Source of the DNA: an uncultured Acidobacteriota bacterium
Lineage (GTDB): Bacteria; Acidobacteriota; Thermoanaerobaculia; Multivoradales; UBA5704
DNA: 64,000 bases
Assembly (NCBI GenBank): GCA_963700145.1
Contig: OY969474.1
Location: 3,040,001 to 3,104,000, forward strand
Direction: 5' to 3'
This document shows, piece by piece, positions 53,477-63,332 of the stretch (positions are counted from its first letter, which is position 1; the number at the start of each line of letters is the position of its first letter). The translations under genes were made by a program, and so were the position numbers. Below the pieces are notes generated by a model, which saw only the letters and a list, made by a program, of their open reading frames with translations, did no database searches and was not told where the DNA came from.

Positions 53477-55801
53477 CTACAGCAGCTCCAGGTTCGCGTA
53501 GCGCGCGATCAGGCGGCGCTTGCCGGCTTTCTCGAAGAAGACGGTGAGCTTGGTGTCGTCGCCGTCGCCGTCGATCTCGAGGACGACGCCTTGGCCGAGG
53601 GTGGGGTGGCGGACGCGGCTGCCGCGGCGGGCGGTGCGGCGGGGGGCCATGACCGGGTCGACGGGGTCGGCGCGGCGCTGCGGCGCCGGCCGCTCGGCGC
53701 GCGGCGCGAAGAGAGTCGGCGCGGCCGGCGGCAGGGTGTAGCCCGAGCCCTCCCCGGCGCCCGCCCGCGCGCCGGTCCCGCCGCCGCTCCGCCCGAAGAA
53801 CGAGTACACCGCCTCCGCCCGCTCGCCGCGCGGCGGCTCCCAGGCGAGCGACGGGCTCGACGTCACCTCGCGCAGGTGCTCGGGCAGCTCGGCCAGGAAC
53901 GGCGACTCCTCCTGGTCCTGGTAGCGCCCGGCGATCCGCCGCCGCCGGCAGCACGACAGGTACAGCCGCTCGCGCGCCCGCGTCATCCCGACGTAGAGGA
54001 GACGCCGCTCCTCCTCGACGTCCTCGCGCGCCCCCTGGGCGTTGAAGTGCGGTAGCAGGCCGTCCTCCAGCCCCGAGACCACCACCGACCGGAACTCCAG
54101 GCCCTTGGCGCTGTGCAGCGTCATCAGCGACACGCCGCGCTCGCTCTGCCAGGTGTCGAGGTCGGTGACCAGCGAGACGTGGTCGAGGAAGCCGGTCAGC
54201 AGGTCCTCGTCGGCGGCGTTGGTGCTGTTGGCTTCGGTGAAGTCCTGCGCCGCGGAGAGGAACTCGCGCAGGTTCTCGAGCCGCGCCAGCTCCTCGGGGT
54301 CGTTCTTGTCGAAGAGGTCGGGGTAGCCGGTGGCGGCGAGCAGGCGGTCGAGGAGCGCCGGCAGCGGCAGCTCCTGGGCGTCGCGCTGGAGGTCGAGGAT
54401 CAGGTCGCGGAACTTGCGCAGCGCCGCCGCGCTCTTGCCGGGGAGGTTGCCGAGCTGGTCGAGGAGGAGAACGTCCCAGAGCGGCTGGCCGAGCTGCGCG
54501 ACCTGGGTCTGGAGCAGCTCCTGCGTCGCCTTGCCGATGCCGCGCGGCGGCTGGTTCAGGATGCGCGAGAGCGAGAAGCTGTCGCGCGGGTTGCGCAGGA
54601 CGCGCAGGTAGGCGACCAGGTCCTTGATCTCGGCGCGGTCGTAGAAGCGGGTGCCGCCGACCAGCACGTACGGCACCTCGCGCGCCAGCAGCTCGTCCTC
54701 GATGGCGCGGGTCTGCGCGTTGGTGCGGACCAGGACCGCGATGTCGGCGAGCTTGTGGTCGCGGCGCAGCGTCTGGATCGTGTCGACGATCCAGCGCGCC
54801 TCGTCCCCCTCGTCGAGCGCCTTGAAGAGCTGGATCGGCGCGCCGGCGCCGGTGTCGGTCCACAGGCGCTTGCCGCGGCGGTGGACGTTGTGCGCCACGA
54901 GCGCCCCTGAGATGTCGAGGATGTTCTGGGTCGAGCGGTAGTTCCGCTCCAGCTTCCGCACCACGGCGCCGGGGAAGCCCTTCTCGAACTCCAGGATGTT
55001 GGCCAGCTCGGCGCCGCGCCAGCGGTAGATCCCCTGGTCCTCGTCGCCGACCGCGGTCAAGTTGCCGTCGCGCCCCGCCAGCTCCTGGATCAGGCGGAGC
55101 TGGGCATGGTTGGTGTCCTGGTACTCGTCGACCAGCAGGTACTCGGTGCGTCGGCGGATGCGGGCGCGCAGCTCCTCGTCGGTCGCCAGGAGCTTGACCG
55201 CGAGCGCCAGGAGGTCGTCGAAATCGACCCCCGAGGCCTGCTGCAGGAGCCCCTGGTAGCGGCGGTAGAGCAGCGCCGCCTTCTTCTGGAAGAAGTGCTG
55301 CGCCTGCGCCTCGTAGGCGGCGGGCTCGAGGAGGCGGTTCTTGGCCGAGCTGATCTCGGCCAGCACGGCGCGCGGCGAAAACGCCTTCTCGGAAAGCCCC
55401 TCGGCGGCCAGCGCCTGCTTGACCAGGCCGAACTGGTCGGCGGTGTCGAGGATGGCGAAGTCGCGCTTCAGCCCCACCCGCTCGCCGTAGCGGCGGAGGA
55501 GGATCAGCGAGTAGCGGTGAAAGGTGCCGACGATGGCGGGAAGCGGGTAGATGCCGAGCAGGCGCTCGACCCGCTCGCGCATCTCGCCCGCCGCCTTGTT
55601 GGTGAAGGTGACGGCGACCAGGTGCCCGGGGTCGATCCCCCGCTCCTGCGCCAGCCAGGCGATGCGGTAGGTGATGACCCGGGTCTTCCCCGAGCCCGCC
55701 CCGGCCAGGACGAGCTGCGGCCCCTCGCCGTGGGTGACGGCCGCAATCTGATCGGGGTTCAGCTCGCGCTCGAGGTCGAGGGGGGTGCGGACGGCTCTCA
55801 C
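53477..55801 (-). CDS. uvrD: UvrD/PcrA DNA helicase
   Basis: AGAGSGKT, TFTNKAA, DEYQD, NYRS, TLHSAKGLEF, EERRLLYVGMTRA. Confidence 0.96.
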   Translation of the reverse strand: MRAVRTPLDLERELNPDQIAAVTHGEGPQLVLAGAGSGKTRVITYRIAWLAQERGIDPGHLVAVTFTNKAAGEMRERVERLLGIYPLPAIVGTFHRYSLILLRRYGERVGLKRDFAILDTADQFGLVKQALAAEGLSEKAFSPRAVLAEISSAKNRLLEPAAYEAQAQHFFQKKAALLYRRYQGLLQQASGVDFDDLLALAVKLLATDEELRARIRRRTEYLLVDEYQDTNHAQLRLIQELAGRDGNLTAVGDEDQGIYRWRGAELANILEFEKGFPGAVVRKLERNYRSTQNILDISGALVAHNVHRRGKRLWTDTGAGAPIQLFKALDEGDEARWIVDTIQTLRRDHKLADIAVLVRTNAQTRAIEDELLAREVPYVLVGGTRFYDRAEIKDLVAYLRVLRNPRDSFSLSRILNQPPRGIGKATQELLQTQVAQLGQPLWDVLLLDQLGNLPGKSAAALRKFRDLILDLQRDAQELPLPALLDRLLAATGYPDLFDKNDPEELARLENLREFLSAAQDFTEANSTNAADEDLLTGFLDHVSLVTDLDTWQSERGVSLMTLHSAKGLEFRSVVVSGLEDGLLPHFNAQGAREDVEEERRLLYVGMTRARERLYLSCCRRRRIAGRYQDQEESPFLAELPEHLREVTSSPSLAWEPPRGERAEAVYSFFGRSGGGTGARAGAGEGSGYTLPPAAPTLFAPRAERPAPQRRADPVDPVMAPRRTARRGSRVRHPTLGQGVVLEIDGDGDDTKLTVFFEKAGKRRLIARYANLELL

Positions 55802-55847
55802 CGGCGAGAGTGTAGAGTGATTGCAGCCCCACGCGGAGGGAATTTCG

Positions 55848-57008
55848 ATGAGACCACGGACGCTTTGTGCGCTCCTCGCCTGCCTCGCCCTATGCGCCGT
55901 TTTCGGCTGCGGGCTGCCGCCCCAGACGGCGCCGGAGGGCGCCGCGCCGGCCGGCGGCCAGCCGGCCAGCACGGCCATCCAGCAGCAGATGGCCGTCCTC
56001 GCCTTCGTCGCCTACCTCGGCGAGGAGCTCACGGGCTCGGACGACAAAGTGGAAGGCGAGCTCTATCCCTGCCTCGAGGCCCAGCTCAAGGCGGAGCCTC
56101 TGACCAACGGCAAGTGGATCCTGACGTGGGGACCGGCGGCCTACAAGTTCGACATCGCCCACTACGACGACAACATGCTGTACGTCGTCCGCGACGCCGC
56201 CGACCCGGCGCACCTGGCGATCGCCACGCGCGGCACCAACGCCGAGGCGATCCTCGATTGGCTGCTCGAGGACCTCGACGTGGACCACCAGGTCGCCTGG
56301 CGGTACGGCGACGCGCCGAGCGGCGCGAAGATCTCGCAGGCGACCGAGAACGGGCTCCGCGTCCTGCAGACGATGGTCCCGGCGAGCGGGCCGGTGCCGA
56401 ACAAGACGCTGACCCAGTTCCTCAAGACGTACTCGCAGGCCAACGGCGCGCTCCAGATCCACGTCACCGGCCACAGCCTGGGCGGCGCGCTGGCGCCGAC
56501 GCTCGCCCTCTGGCTGGCCGACACCCGGCGCGACTGGGACGCCTCCGGCCAGTCGACCATCGCGGTCGTCTCGCTGGCCGGCCCGACCGCCGGCAACGCC
56601 GCCTTCGCCGCCTACTCCGACTCGCGGATCGGCTCCTCCACCACCCGGCTGCACAACCCGTACGACGTCGTGCCCCTGGCCTGGAACCACGCGACGATGG
56701 GCACCATCGCCGGTCTCTACGCGCCGACGATCGAGCCCGAGAGGGTCATCCGCGACGCCATCGACGTCGCCAGAGATCTCGTCAAGGACAAGGGCTACAC
56801 GCAGATCCGCCCCAACGCGCCGGCCCTCCCCGGCGCCCTCTTCGCCGGCACCAGCTACGTCGAACAGGTCTCCTCGCAGCACACCTGCGGCTATCAGTGC
56901 GCCCTGGGGCTCGTGCCGTCGCTCTACACGCCGGTGTCGCTGGACTGCAGACCGGGGGGAAGCCAGAAAAAGGGCTGCTCCTGCCCGACGACCACGCCCA
57001 CGCCGTAG
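55848..57008 (+). CDS. Class 3 lipase-like lipoprotein
   Basis: Lipobox VFGC; RGT, VTGHSLGG, D.VP; Cys-rich tail. Confidence 0.85.
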   Translation: MRPRTLCALLACLALCAVFGCGLPPQTAPEGAAPAGGQPASTAIQQQMAVLAFVAYLGEELTGSDDKVEGELYPCLEAQLKAEPLTNGKWILTWGPAAYKFDIAHYDDNMLYVVRDAADPAHLAIATRGTNAEAILDWLLEDLDVDHQVAWRYGDAPSGAKISQATENGLRVLQTMVPASGPVPNKTLTQFLKTYSQANGALQIHVTGHSLGGALAPTLALWLADTRRDWDASGQSTIAVVSLAGPTAGNAAFAAYSDSRIGSSTTRLHNPYDVVPLAWNHATMGTIAGLYAPTIEPERVIRDAIDVARDLVKDKGYTQIRPNAPALPGALFAGTSYVEQVSSQHTCGYQCALGLVPSLYTPVSLDCRPGGSQKKGCSCPTTTPTP

Positions 57009-57166
57009 GACGGGCGCCCCGGGCCCGGGAGCGAGCGTCCACCGGCGGGGTTTCCGCCCCCCAACCCGACCAGCTCCCCCAGCCCGACGAGTGGCGCGAG
57101 CGCAAGCTCGCCCGCGCCGCGGCCGCCCGAGCGAAAGGCCACCGCTTCGGCACCATCTGCTGCCGC

Positions 57167-57298
57167 ATGCGCGGCTATCGCAACCTGGTCCCGGACCTCC
57201 GCATCTCAGGCCGCTGGCTCCAGCGCGCCGGCTTCGACCGCGGGCAGCACTACGAGATCGAGGTCCGGGCGGGGCGGCTTACGATTCGAGCTGTGTAA
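57167..57298 (+). CDS. SymE-like toxin (short or 5'-eroded; first in-frame ATG after the lipase)
   Basis: VPDLRISGRWLQRAGFDRGQHYEIEVRAGRLTI matches the SymE P..L.G.WL..AGF..G pattern. Confidence 0.7.
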   Translation: MRGYRNLVPDLRISGRWLQRAGFDRGQHYEIEVRAGRLTIRAV

Positions 57299-57488
57299 TG
57301 GGAAGCCAGCAGCTGACCGCGGACCGCAGCCGCGGGGATGCTACGACCTGACCTGCGAGCGAGTGCAGCTCTTGCTGCAGCTCGTCGTCCGACGGATGCC
57401 CGGACATGTCTCCGCGGTCGCCGCCGGCTGGTCTAAGATGCGCCTTGTGGCGGGCCAAGCTGCCCCGAACAATCCCGGAGGCGACAGG

Positions 57489-58190
57489 ATGACGAAAGCG
57501 GCGGCATCCTTTAACGCCTACACCCCCGAAGAGCTCCTAGGCTCCCTCAACGAAGTCGAGCGGCTCAACGCGCCGGAGCAACTCTACGTCGAGGGGGACC
57601 TCCAGCTGCTGCGGCGGCGGCCGCGAGTCTCGATCGTGGGCGCGCGGCGTGCCTCCGAGGAGGGGCTGCGAAGGGCAACGCGCCTGGCACGCGAGCTGGC
57701 GATGCGAGGGGCTGTCGTCGTCAGTGGGTTGGCGGAGGGGATTGATACGGCCGCGCACGAGGGCGCGATCGTGGCTGGCGGCAAGACGGTGGCGGTCCTC
57801 GGCACACCGCTCGATGACGTCTACCCCAAGCGGAACCGAGAGCTCCAGGCGCTCATCATGCGGGAACACCTCGCGGTATCGCAGTTCCCGCTCGGATCGC
57901 CCGTTCGGCGAGGCAACTTTCCCAGGCGGAACCGAGTCATGGCGCTGCTCAGCGATGCAACTGTCATCGTCGAGGCCGGCGAGACAAGCGGTTCGCTGTC
58001 GCAGGGCTGGGAGGCGATCCGTCTGGGAAGACAATTGTTGATCCTGAAGTCCACCGTTGAACGCCGCGATCTTCTGTGGCCTCGGATGATGGTGGACTAT
58101 GGCGCCGAGGTCCTGAGCGACACAGAGCGCCTGCTCGAGCAGCTTCCACAGGAGGAGCTCGCCGAGGTTGCCTCCCTACCCGCTTTCTAA
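57489..58190 (+). CDS. Short DprA/Smf-family protein (ShosA-like)
   Basis: SIVGARRAS, VSGLAEGIDTAAH, FPRRNR, VEAG..SGS; 233 aa, lacks the C-terminal domain. Confidence 0.9.
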   Translation: MTKAAASFNAYTPEELLGSLNEVERLNAPEQLYVEGDLQLLRRRPRVSIVGARRASEEGLRRATRLARELAMRGAVVVSGLAEGIDTAAHEGAIVAGGKTVAVLGTPLDDVYPKRNRELQALIMREHLAVSQFPLGSPVRRGNFPRRNRVMALLSDATVIVEAGETSGSLSQGWEAIRLGRQLLILKSTVERRDLLWPRMMVDYGAEVLSDTERLLEQLPQEELAEVASLPAF

Positions 58191-58845
58191 ACTCACGTTC
58201 GGGTCGTTCCTCGCGTACTCGTCACACGGCCAGTCAGAACTCTCCCGCACCTCGCGAACCCTGCGCGATCGCATCAAGCACGACCGAGAAAGCTGGACCC
58301 CGGGACTGCCGATGCTGCGCTACGCCGCCGCAAGGCTGGCAGAGGAGCTGGAGAATGCTCCAACCCTCCGTGAGCTCCTCAATCCTCAGGCGCTCCTCGT
58401 GCCGGCGCCTGGTCATACGCCGCTGCCGCCTAGCCGATACGCGGCGTCGATCCTGTGGGTGCCTCGCCGAATCGCTCAGGAGCTGCATCAGGTGAGCCTC
58501 GGCGCCGCGGTGGCACCGATCCTCGTGCGTCACTCACGGATTCCCAAGGCGGCCTTTGCTGTCTCTGGCGAGCGGCCCACTCTTGGTGATCACTTCAACT
58601 CACTGCACGTCGACTCGCAGATCGTCGATCCACCGCAGGCGATCACGGTCGTGGACGATTTCGTGACAAAAGGCACGACCCTCCTCGCTTGCGCGACGCT
58701 GCTTCAGAATGCCTACCCTGATTCAGTGGTCAAGGCCTTCGCCCTCGTGCGAACCTTCAGCTACAGTGACGTCGAGTCGATCATGGACCCGGTCGTCGGG
58801 GTAATCGAACCCGACTCCTGGGGCGAAGCGCGGCGGGCGCCTTAG
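58168..58845 (+). CDS. Phosphoribosyltransferase-fold protein (ShosT-like)
   Basis: LVPAP and ITVVDDFVTKGTT PRPP-binding motif; overlaps the dprA-like gene. Confidence 0.85.
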   Translation: MPPYPLSKLTFGSFLAYSSHGQSELSRTSRTLRDRIKHDRESWTPGLPMLRYAAARLAEELENAPTLRELLNPQALLVPAPGHTPLPPSRYAASILWVPRRIAQELHQVSLGAAVAPILVRHSRIPKAAFAVSGERPTLGDHFNSLHVDSQIVDPPQAITVVDDFVTKGTTLLACATLLQNAYPDSVVKAFALVRTFSYSDVESIMDPVVGVIEPDSWGEARRAP

Positions 58846-58853
58846 TCCTTGCC

Positions 58854-58989
58854 CTGCCGCAGCCGCGGCTATCGCCGCTTGGTACCCGACCTCCCCACCT
58901 CGGGCTGGCTGCAGCACGCCGGCTTCGACCTCGGCCAACACTACGAGATCGAGATTCGGGCGGGCCGGCTTACGATTCGAGCTATGTGA
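58854..58989 (+). pseudogene. Second, truncated symE-like copy
   Basis: Reads CRSRGYRRLVPDLPTSGWLQHAGFDLGQHYEIEIRAGRLTIRAM*; DNA aligns with 57160-57298. Confidence 0.85.
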
Positions 58990-59227
58990 GCGCGAAAGGC
59001 CTGTCGGTGTACAGCCAGCGGTTGACTTTTGGCCGCGCGGCGAAGCTACGACCGACGGATCCCCGGCAAATGCTCGGCCGCCCCTCTGTGATTTGAGGGG
59101 GGCGAATCCTGCCACCGTAGAACCAGGGGCCGGTCTCTTCAAGCAGCTCGAGGTGGCTGCCAGCTGGCAGTTGCGCCCACCGTGTGAGAGACTGCGAGCA
59201 TCATAATCAACCAAGGAGGGCCTCGAG

Positions 59228-59677
59228 ATGCGCTTTCTCGGCCTAGGTTTAACGCTCCTGCTACTCGTTCCCGTGGCGGCACTAGGCCAGCCACGGACAA
59301 GCAGCGCCACTGCCAGGGCTGTAGGAGCCGCCGTCATCACCGCGCCGGCTGTTCCAAGCAAAGATAAGAGCGCCGGTGAGCTGGTTGGCAAGGTGGTCGG
59401 TGTTGCCGATCTTGGGTTTGTTTGCGGTGTTCGTGCGACGTTCGTCGAGCTCTCCATTAAGGGCATCCTGCCTTATGCGATGCCTGCTGCTGCCATCTGC
59501 CCGGGTAACTTAGCAGCTACATGCCGAGCGTTCCGGCCTAATCAGCGAGTGCGGTTACTAGGCAAACTGGCCACTGTGCCAGATCCGGAGCAGCCCGGAT
59601 ATCAGGTCTGCAACCCCCGGTCGTGGGTGGACTTCCTTCCAGCGTACGGGTTCGGGGTCACTAGCGTGCCGCGGTAG
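59228..59677 (+). CDS. Secreted hypothetical protein
   Basis: AAGGAGG RBS, signal peptide, four Cys. Confidence 0.7.
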   Translation: MRFLGLGLTLLLLVPVAALGQPRTSSATARAVGAAVITAPAVPSKDKSAGELVGKVVGVADLGFVCGVRATFVELSIKGILPYAMPAAAICPGNLAATCRAFRPNQRVRLLGKLATVPDPEQPGYQVCNPRSWVDFLPAYGFGVTSVPR

Positions 59678-59712
59678 GATGCAACCAAAACTCCTTTAGA
59701 AGGAGAAGTGCT

Positions 59713-61503
59713 ATGCGCAGTCTTGTTGCCCTCCTGCTCCTCATCCATGCAAGTGCTGGCCTAGAGGCTCAAGAGGCTGTTGGCCCGGCGCTGATCCCCG
59801 CTTCACTTGTCTCACAGAACCAGATTCCGGTGCCGGTTTTTATGCCTAGCGAAGTGCGGCCCATTGCTATTCTGCGTTCTGCTACCGAGGGTGCGGCCGA
59901 TGAATTGGAAGCCATGTTGGCATGGAATAGGGCCGGCAATGTGCCCCCACGCAACGGGTTCGTTCGCCCATTGCCGCTTGGGAAGCGTCTGAACGTATCA
60001 GAGTTCCAAACAACGTCGAATCGCCGGGGGACTAGCGAGAACAAAATCGTCTGGGCCGGACGTGTCGAGGTTGCAGGCGCGCACCGAATACGCATTCACC
60101 TCGAAGAAGTACGACTGCCGGTCGGCAGCCAGCTATGGGTTTCCGGTGGGAGTGGAGAGACTGTCGGGCCGTTCGGTCTGAATCTTTTGGGACCCGGAGG
60201 GGAGCTCTGGACACCGAGCGTGAGCGGGCCAGTAGCTACATTGATTGTGCAGCTCCCAGAGAAAGAGCAGTTCACAGCGCATGCGTTGTTCCGTGTGACT
60301 CAGGTCGCCGAGATATTCGCGCTTGAAGACCAGAATCCGGCCCTGCCACTGCCCAGCCACGTGCAATCCTGCCTCATTGACGGTCGCTGCATCACCACAG
60401 CCACTCTAGATGTTATCGACTTCTATCGTTCCGCTGTGGCCCAGTTGCAGTATCTCAAGAGCGGGTCTAGCTTTGTGTGCACCGGTGCTCTGCTGAACGA
60501 CACCGACGATTCAGGGTTCATACCCTATCTCCTCACCGCAAATCATTGCTTCAGCTCCCAGGCTTCGGCATCAAGCCTTGAAGCATTCTGGGACTACGTT
60601 ACCTCAACCTGTGGGGGCCCATTCCCGGGTCTTGGCTCTCTGCCGCGATCCAGTGGCAGCACACTCCTCGCAACAAGCTCGCAAACTGACTTCACATTTG
60701 TGCGACTCAACTCAATACCTGGAGCGCGCGCATTACTTGGTTGGAACGCAAACCCATCGGCCGTGGGGCAAAACACGTTTCTTAACCGTTTATCTCACCC
60801 GGCTCCAAATTCCTTTCCGTATTCGCAGGGCTACTCGAGGACGAGAGCCACCAATACGCCAGCGGGCACCTGCGGGCCCGACCAAGATGGTCGGCCTCTG
60901 AATGACCTGACAAAGTTTATCTATTCAGCTCCCGACCTAGGGGCTACCTTTCCAGGAAGCTCTGGTGCTCCTGTTATTCTCGCCGGCGGATTTGTTGTGG
61001 GCCAACTTTACGGCGCGTGTGCGTTAGACCCCACCGAACCTTGTCTGTTTGGGGCCCAGGATTACACAATCGACGGCCGCTTCTCCTCTACTTTCCCCAG
61101 CATTGCCCAGTGGCTCAATCCGACCACGGGGAACGGCCCATGTGTTCCGGGTGCCAATACCGCCTGCTTGGCCAACAGTCGGTTCGAGGTAAGAGTCGAT
61201 TGGCAGACGACAGCAACGAGCGGAGCGGCCCAGGTCATGGCTTTTGGGGGTCAGCGGGCCGAGAACAATGACTCGGCCTTTTTCTGGTTCTTTAGTGCGA
61301 CGAACTTCGAGATGGGGTTGAAGATCCTCAACGCTTGTGGGATTAACGGCAGATTCTGGGTCTTCATCAGCGGGCTGACCGACCAAGGATGGACGGTGCG
61401 CATCCGCGACACTCAAACCGGGAGCATAAAAACCTATAACAACCCGACGGGACGTCTCACGCCAACAACGGCTGACACCCTGGCCGGCCTGCCATGTAAC
61501 TGA
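59713..61503 (+). CDS. Secreted trypsin-like (lysyl-endopeptidase-like) serine protease with C-terminal accessory domain
   Basis: CTGALLN, LLTANHC, DFTF, PGSSGAP triad; AAGGAG RBS. Confidence 0.88.
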   Translation: MRSLVALLLLIHASAGLEAQEAVGPALIPASLVSQNQIPVPVFMPSEVRPIAILRSATEGAADELEAMLAWNRAGNVPPRNGFVRPLPLGKRLNVSEFQTTSNRRGTSENKIVWAGRVEVAGAHRIRIHLEEVRLPVGSQLWVSGGSGETVGPFGLNLLGPGGELWTPSVSGPVATLIVQLPEKEQFTAHALFRVTQVAEIFALEDQNPALPLPSHVQSCLIDGRCITTATLDVIDFYRSAVAQLQYLKSGSSFVCTGALLNDTDDSGFIPYLLTANHCFSSQASASSLEAFWDYVTSTCGGPFPGLGSLPRSSGSTLLATSSQTDFTFVRLNSIPGARALLGWNANPSAVGQNTFLNRLSHPAPNSFPYSQGYSRTRATNTPAGTCGPDQDGRPLNDLTKFIYSAPDLGATFPGSSGAPVILAGGFVVGQLYGACALDPTEPCLFGAQDYTIDGRFSSTFPSIAQWLNPTTGNGPCVPGANTACLANSRFEVRVDWQTTATSGAAQVMAFGGQRAENNDSAFFWFFSATNFEMGLKILNACGINGRFWVFISGLTDQGWTVRIRDTQTGSIKTYNNPTGRLTPTTADTLAGLPCN

Positions 61504-61724
61504 GACTGCAGAGCCGCGGAACGCCGAACGGAGCGCCGGCCCTGGCCGCAGCAACCTGCCATACAGGCATTTTGCCGCCGAGGGTCCCTGGTCCCTTCTA
61601 AGAGCTGTCATGCGCAGGGCTAGGGCACCGCGGATGCACGTCTTCCAACAGGGCGCCTCAACACCTCACACCCATGTCTCTCGAGGATTTCATTAGTAGC
61701 CACCGGGTGCCGCTTGAGGAGTGA

Positions 61725-63332
61725 TTGATGGCAAAGAGTCGAAGTCTCACTATCATCCTCCTCAAGGGCGAGGTTACAGAACCGGCGGATTTCATACGGC
61801 CGGAGCGGTTGGGTGGAATGAGCACCCCTTTCTCCCTAGTCCTGAGGGATGCGACACCCGCTTGGCTCTTTGTCCGGAAGACTCACGCCCAGCCGCCACG
61901 ATGGGCAGGCTTCTTCCGTGATCACATCTCTGCAAATGATTTAGGCAGCGTGAGCACCGTGGCGGCAGTTCTTCTCATACGCATACGCGGGATCTGGTTT
62001 GCTCTCACCTTTGGCCAGGGACGCTATTTGCTCCTATCCGACAGGATCGTCGACGAGTTTGGTCTACGCACGACGCTCAACGCAGTGGAGGAGGGAAGCC
62101 TACGGAGCATCGATAAGGAAACGTTTGATGCGATCGCTAGCCACTCTCGCCTGCAGGCCAATCAGGGGACCGACACAAGTGAGTTCGGCCTCGATGTCGA
62201 ACGAGACCTTCTACGTGCTGTAACTGGCACTCCCTCCAATGAAGCTTTGGGAGAACGTCTAAGCGGAATGGACGCGCTTGCGGTCAGCAGCCAGACCGCA
62301 CTAGATGCTGTGCCGGAGCTGCTGGCTGGTTTGCTACAGATGTACCAGGAGGATACCTATCTTTCAAAGTTCCCGTGGGTCGAAAATATTCGTGCGGTTC
62401 GGGAGCCGGATCTTCTCGCTGACCTGGATGCGGCGCTCTTCAATGCCATTCTCGCAAAGGACTTCAACAACACATGGCTGGCTCCCCCACAGGTCTTGGA
62501 TTGGGCCGATGTGCGCTACTTCGGATATAGCGACTCTGACAGCGCCCACGTCTTTACGGACATTCACTGGAGAACCCTGCTCCGAAACATGAAGGGTCCA
62601 CTTTCGCGAGAAGCACTAAAGCGCAAGAGGATATATTGCTTTGGTGAAGACGGGAACATTCTGCGCGACTGGCCGGCATTCAACTGTATTTACGCAGAAG
62701 TCCAGATCGGCAAGGATTATTATCTGTTGACTACCGGTCAGTGGTATAAGGTTTTCCCCGAATTCGTCGATGAAGTCGAGGAATGGTTCAAAAACTTCCC
62801 GAGGCGCAAGGCTGACTTACCAATCTATGACCATGATTCCGAGGAGCAGTACAACGAACACGTCGCCGCTACGAGTAAGGGCCATTATGCGCTACTTGAC
62901 CAGCGAACGGTCGTTTATGGTGGAGGGCGAAGCCGCATTGAATTTTGCGACCTCCTGGGGCTTGACGGCGAGATTGTACATGTGAAGCGGTATTCGGGCT
63001 CTCGTGACCTTAGCCACCTTTTCGCCCAGGGCTTTGTTTCTGGTGAGTTGCTACGAATCGACCAAAGTTTTCGCGACGCCCTTCGAGGCGTAGTGCCGCG
63101 ACAGCACTGGAGGGCTTGCCGACTTGGCGGCAAGCGCGTTCCGGGACGCCAGGTCACATTTGCCATCATCTATAGATCAGAAGGGCCTTTTTTCTTGCCC
63201 TTTTTCTCTAAGATCTCTCTGCGGCAGGCTGCCCGTCGCTTGACGGGATACGAGTACAGTGTAACGTTGGCTCGGGTGAACATGAACCAGATTAGAGCAC
63301 GGCTCGAAAAGAAGAAGAGCGATGCACTCTAG
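61725..63332 (+). CDS. TIGR04141/DUF6119-like sporadically distributed protein
   Basis: FALTFGQGRYLL, FGLRTTLN, FGLDVERDLL, IEFCDLL, HVKR, LSHLFAQG, LPFFSKISL (family recalled, not searched). Confidence 0.8.
   Translation: MMAKSRSLTIILLKGEVTEPADFIRPERLGGMSTPFSLVLRDATPAWLFVRKTHAQPPRWAGFFRDHISANDLGSVSTVAAVLLIRIRGIWFALTFGQGRYLLLSDRIVDEFGLRTTLNAVEEGSLRSIDKETFDAIASHSRLQANQGTDTSEFGLDVERDLLRAVTGTPSNEALGERLSGMDALAVSSQTALDAVPELLAGLLQMYQEDTYLSKFPWVENIRAVREPDLLADLDAALFNAILAKDFNNTWLAPPQVLDWADVRYFGYSDSDSAHVFTDIHWRTLLRNMKGPLSREALKRKRIYCFGEDGNILRDWPAFNCIYAEVQIGKDYYLLTTGQWYKVFPEFVDEVEEWFKNFPRRKADLPIYDHDSEEQYNEHVAATSKGHYALLDQRTVVYGGGRSRIEFCDLLGLDGEIVHVKRYSGSRDLSHLFAQGFVSGELLRIDQSFRDALRGVVPRQHWRACRLGGKRVPGRQVTFAIIYRSEGPFFLPFFSKISLRQAARRLTGYEYSVTLARVNMNQIRARLEKKKSDAL

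Noticed and set aside
57489-58845. Competence dprA-comFC locus
   Set aside because: DprA is short, the PRTase has no zinc finger, and the pair sits in a repeat-bounded island
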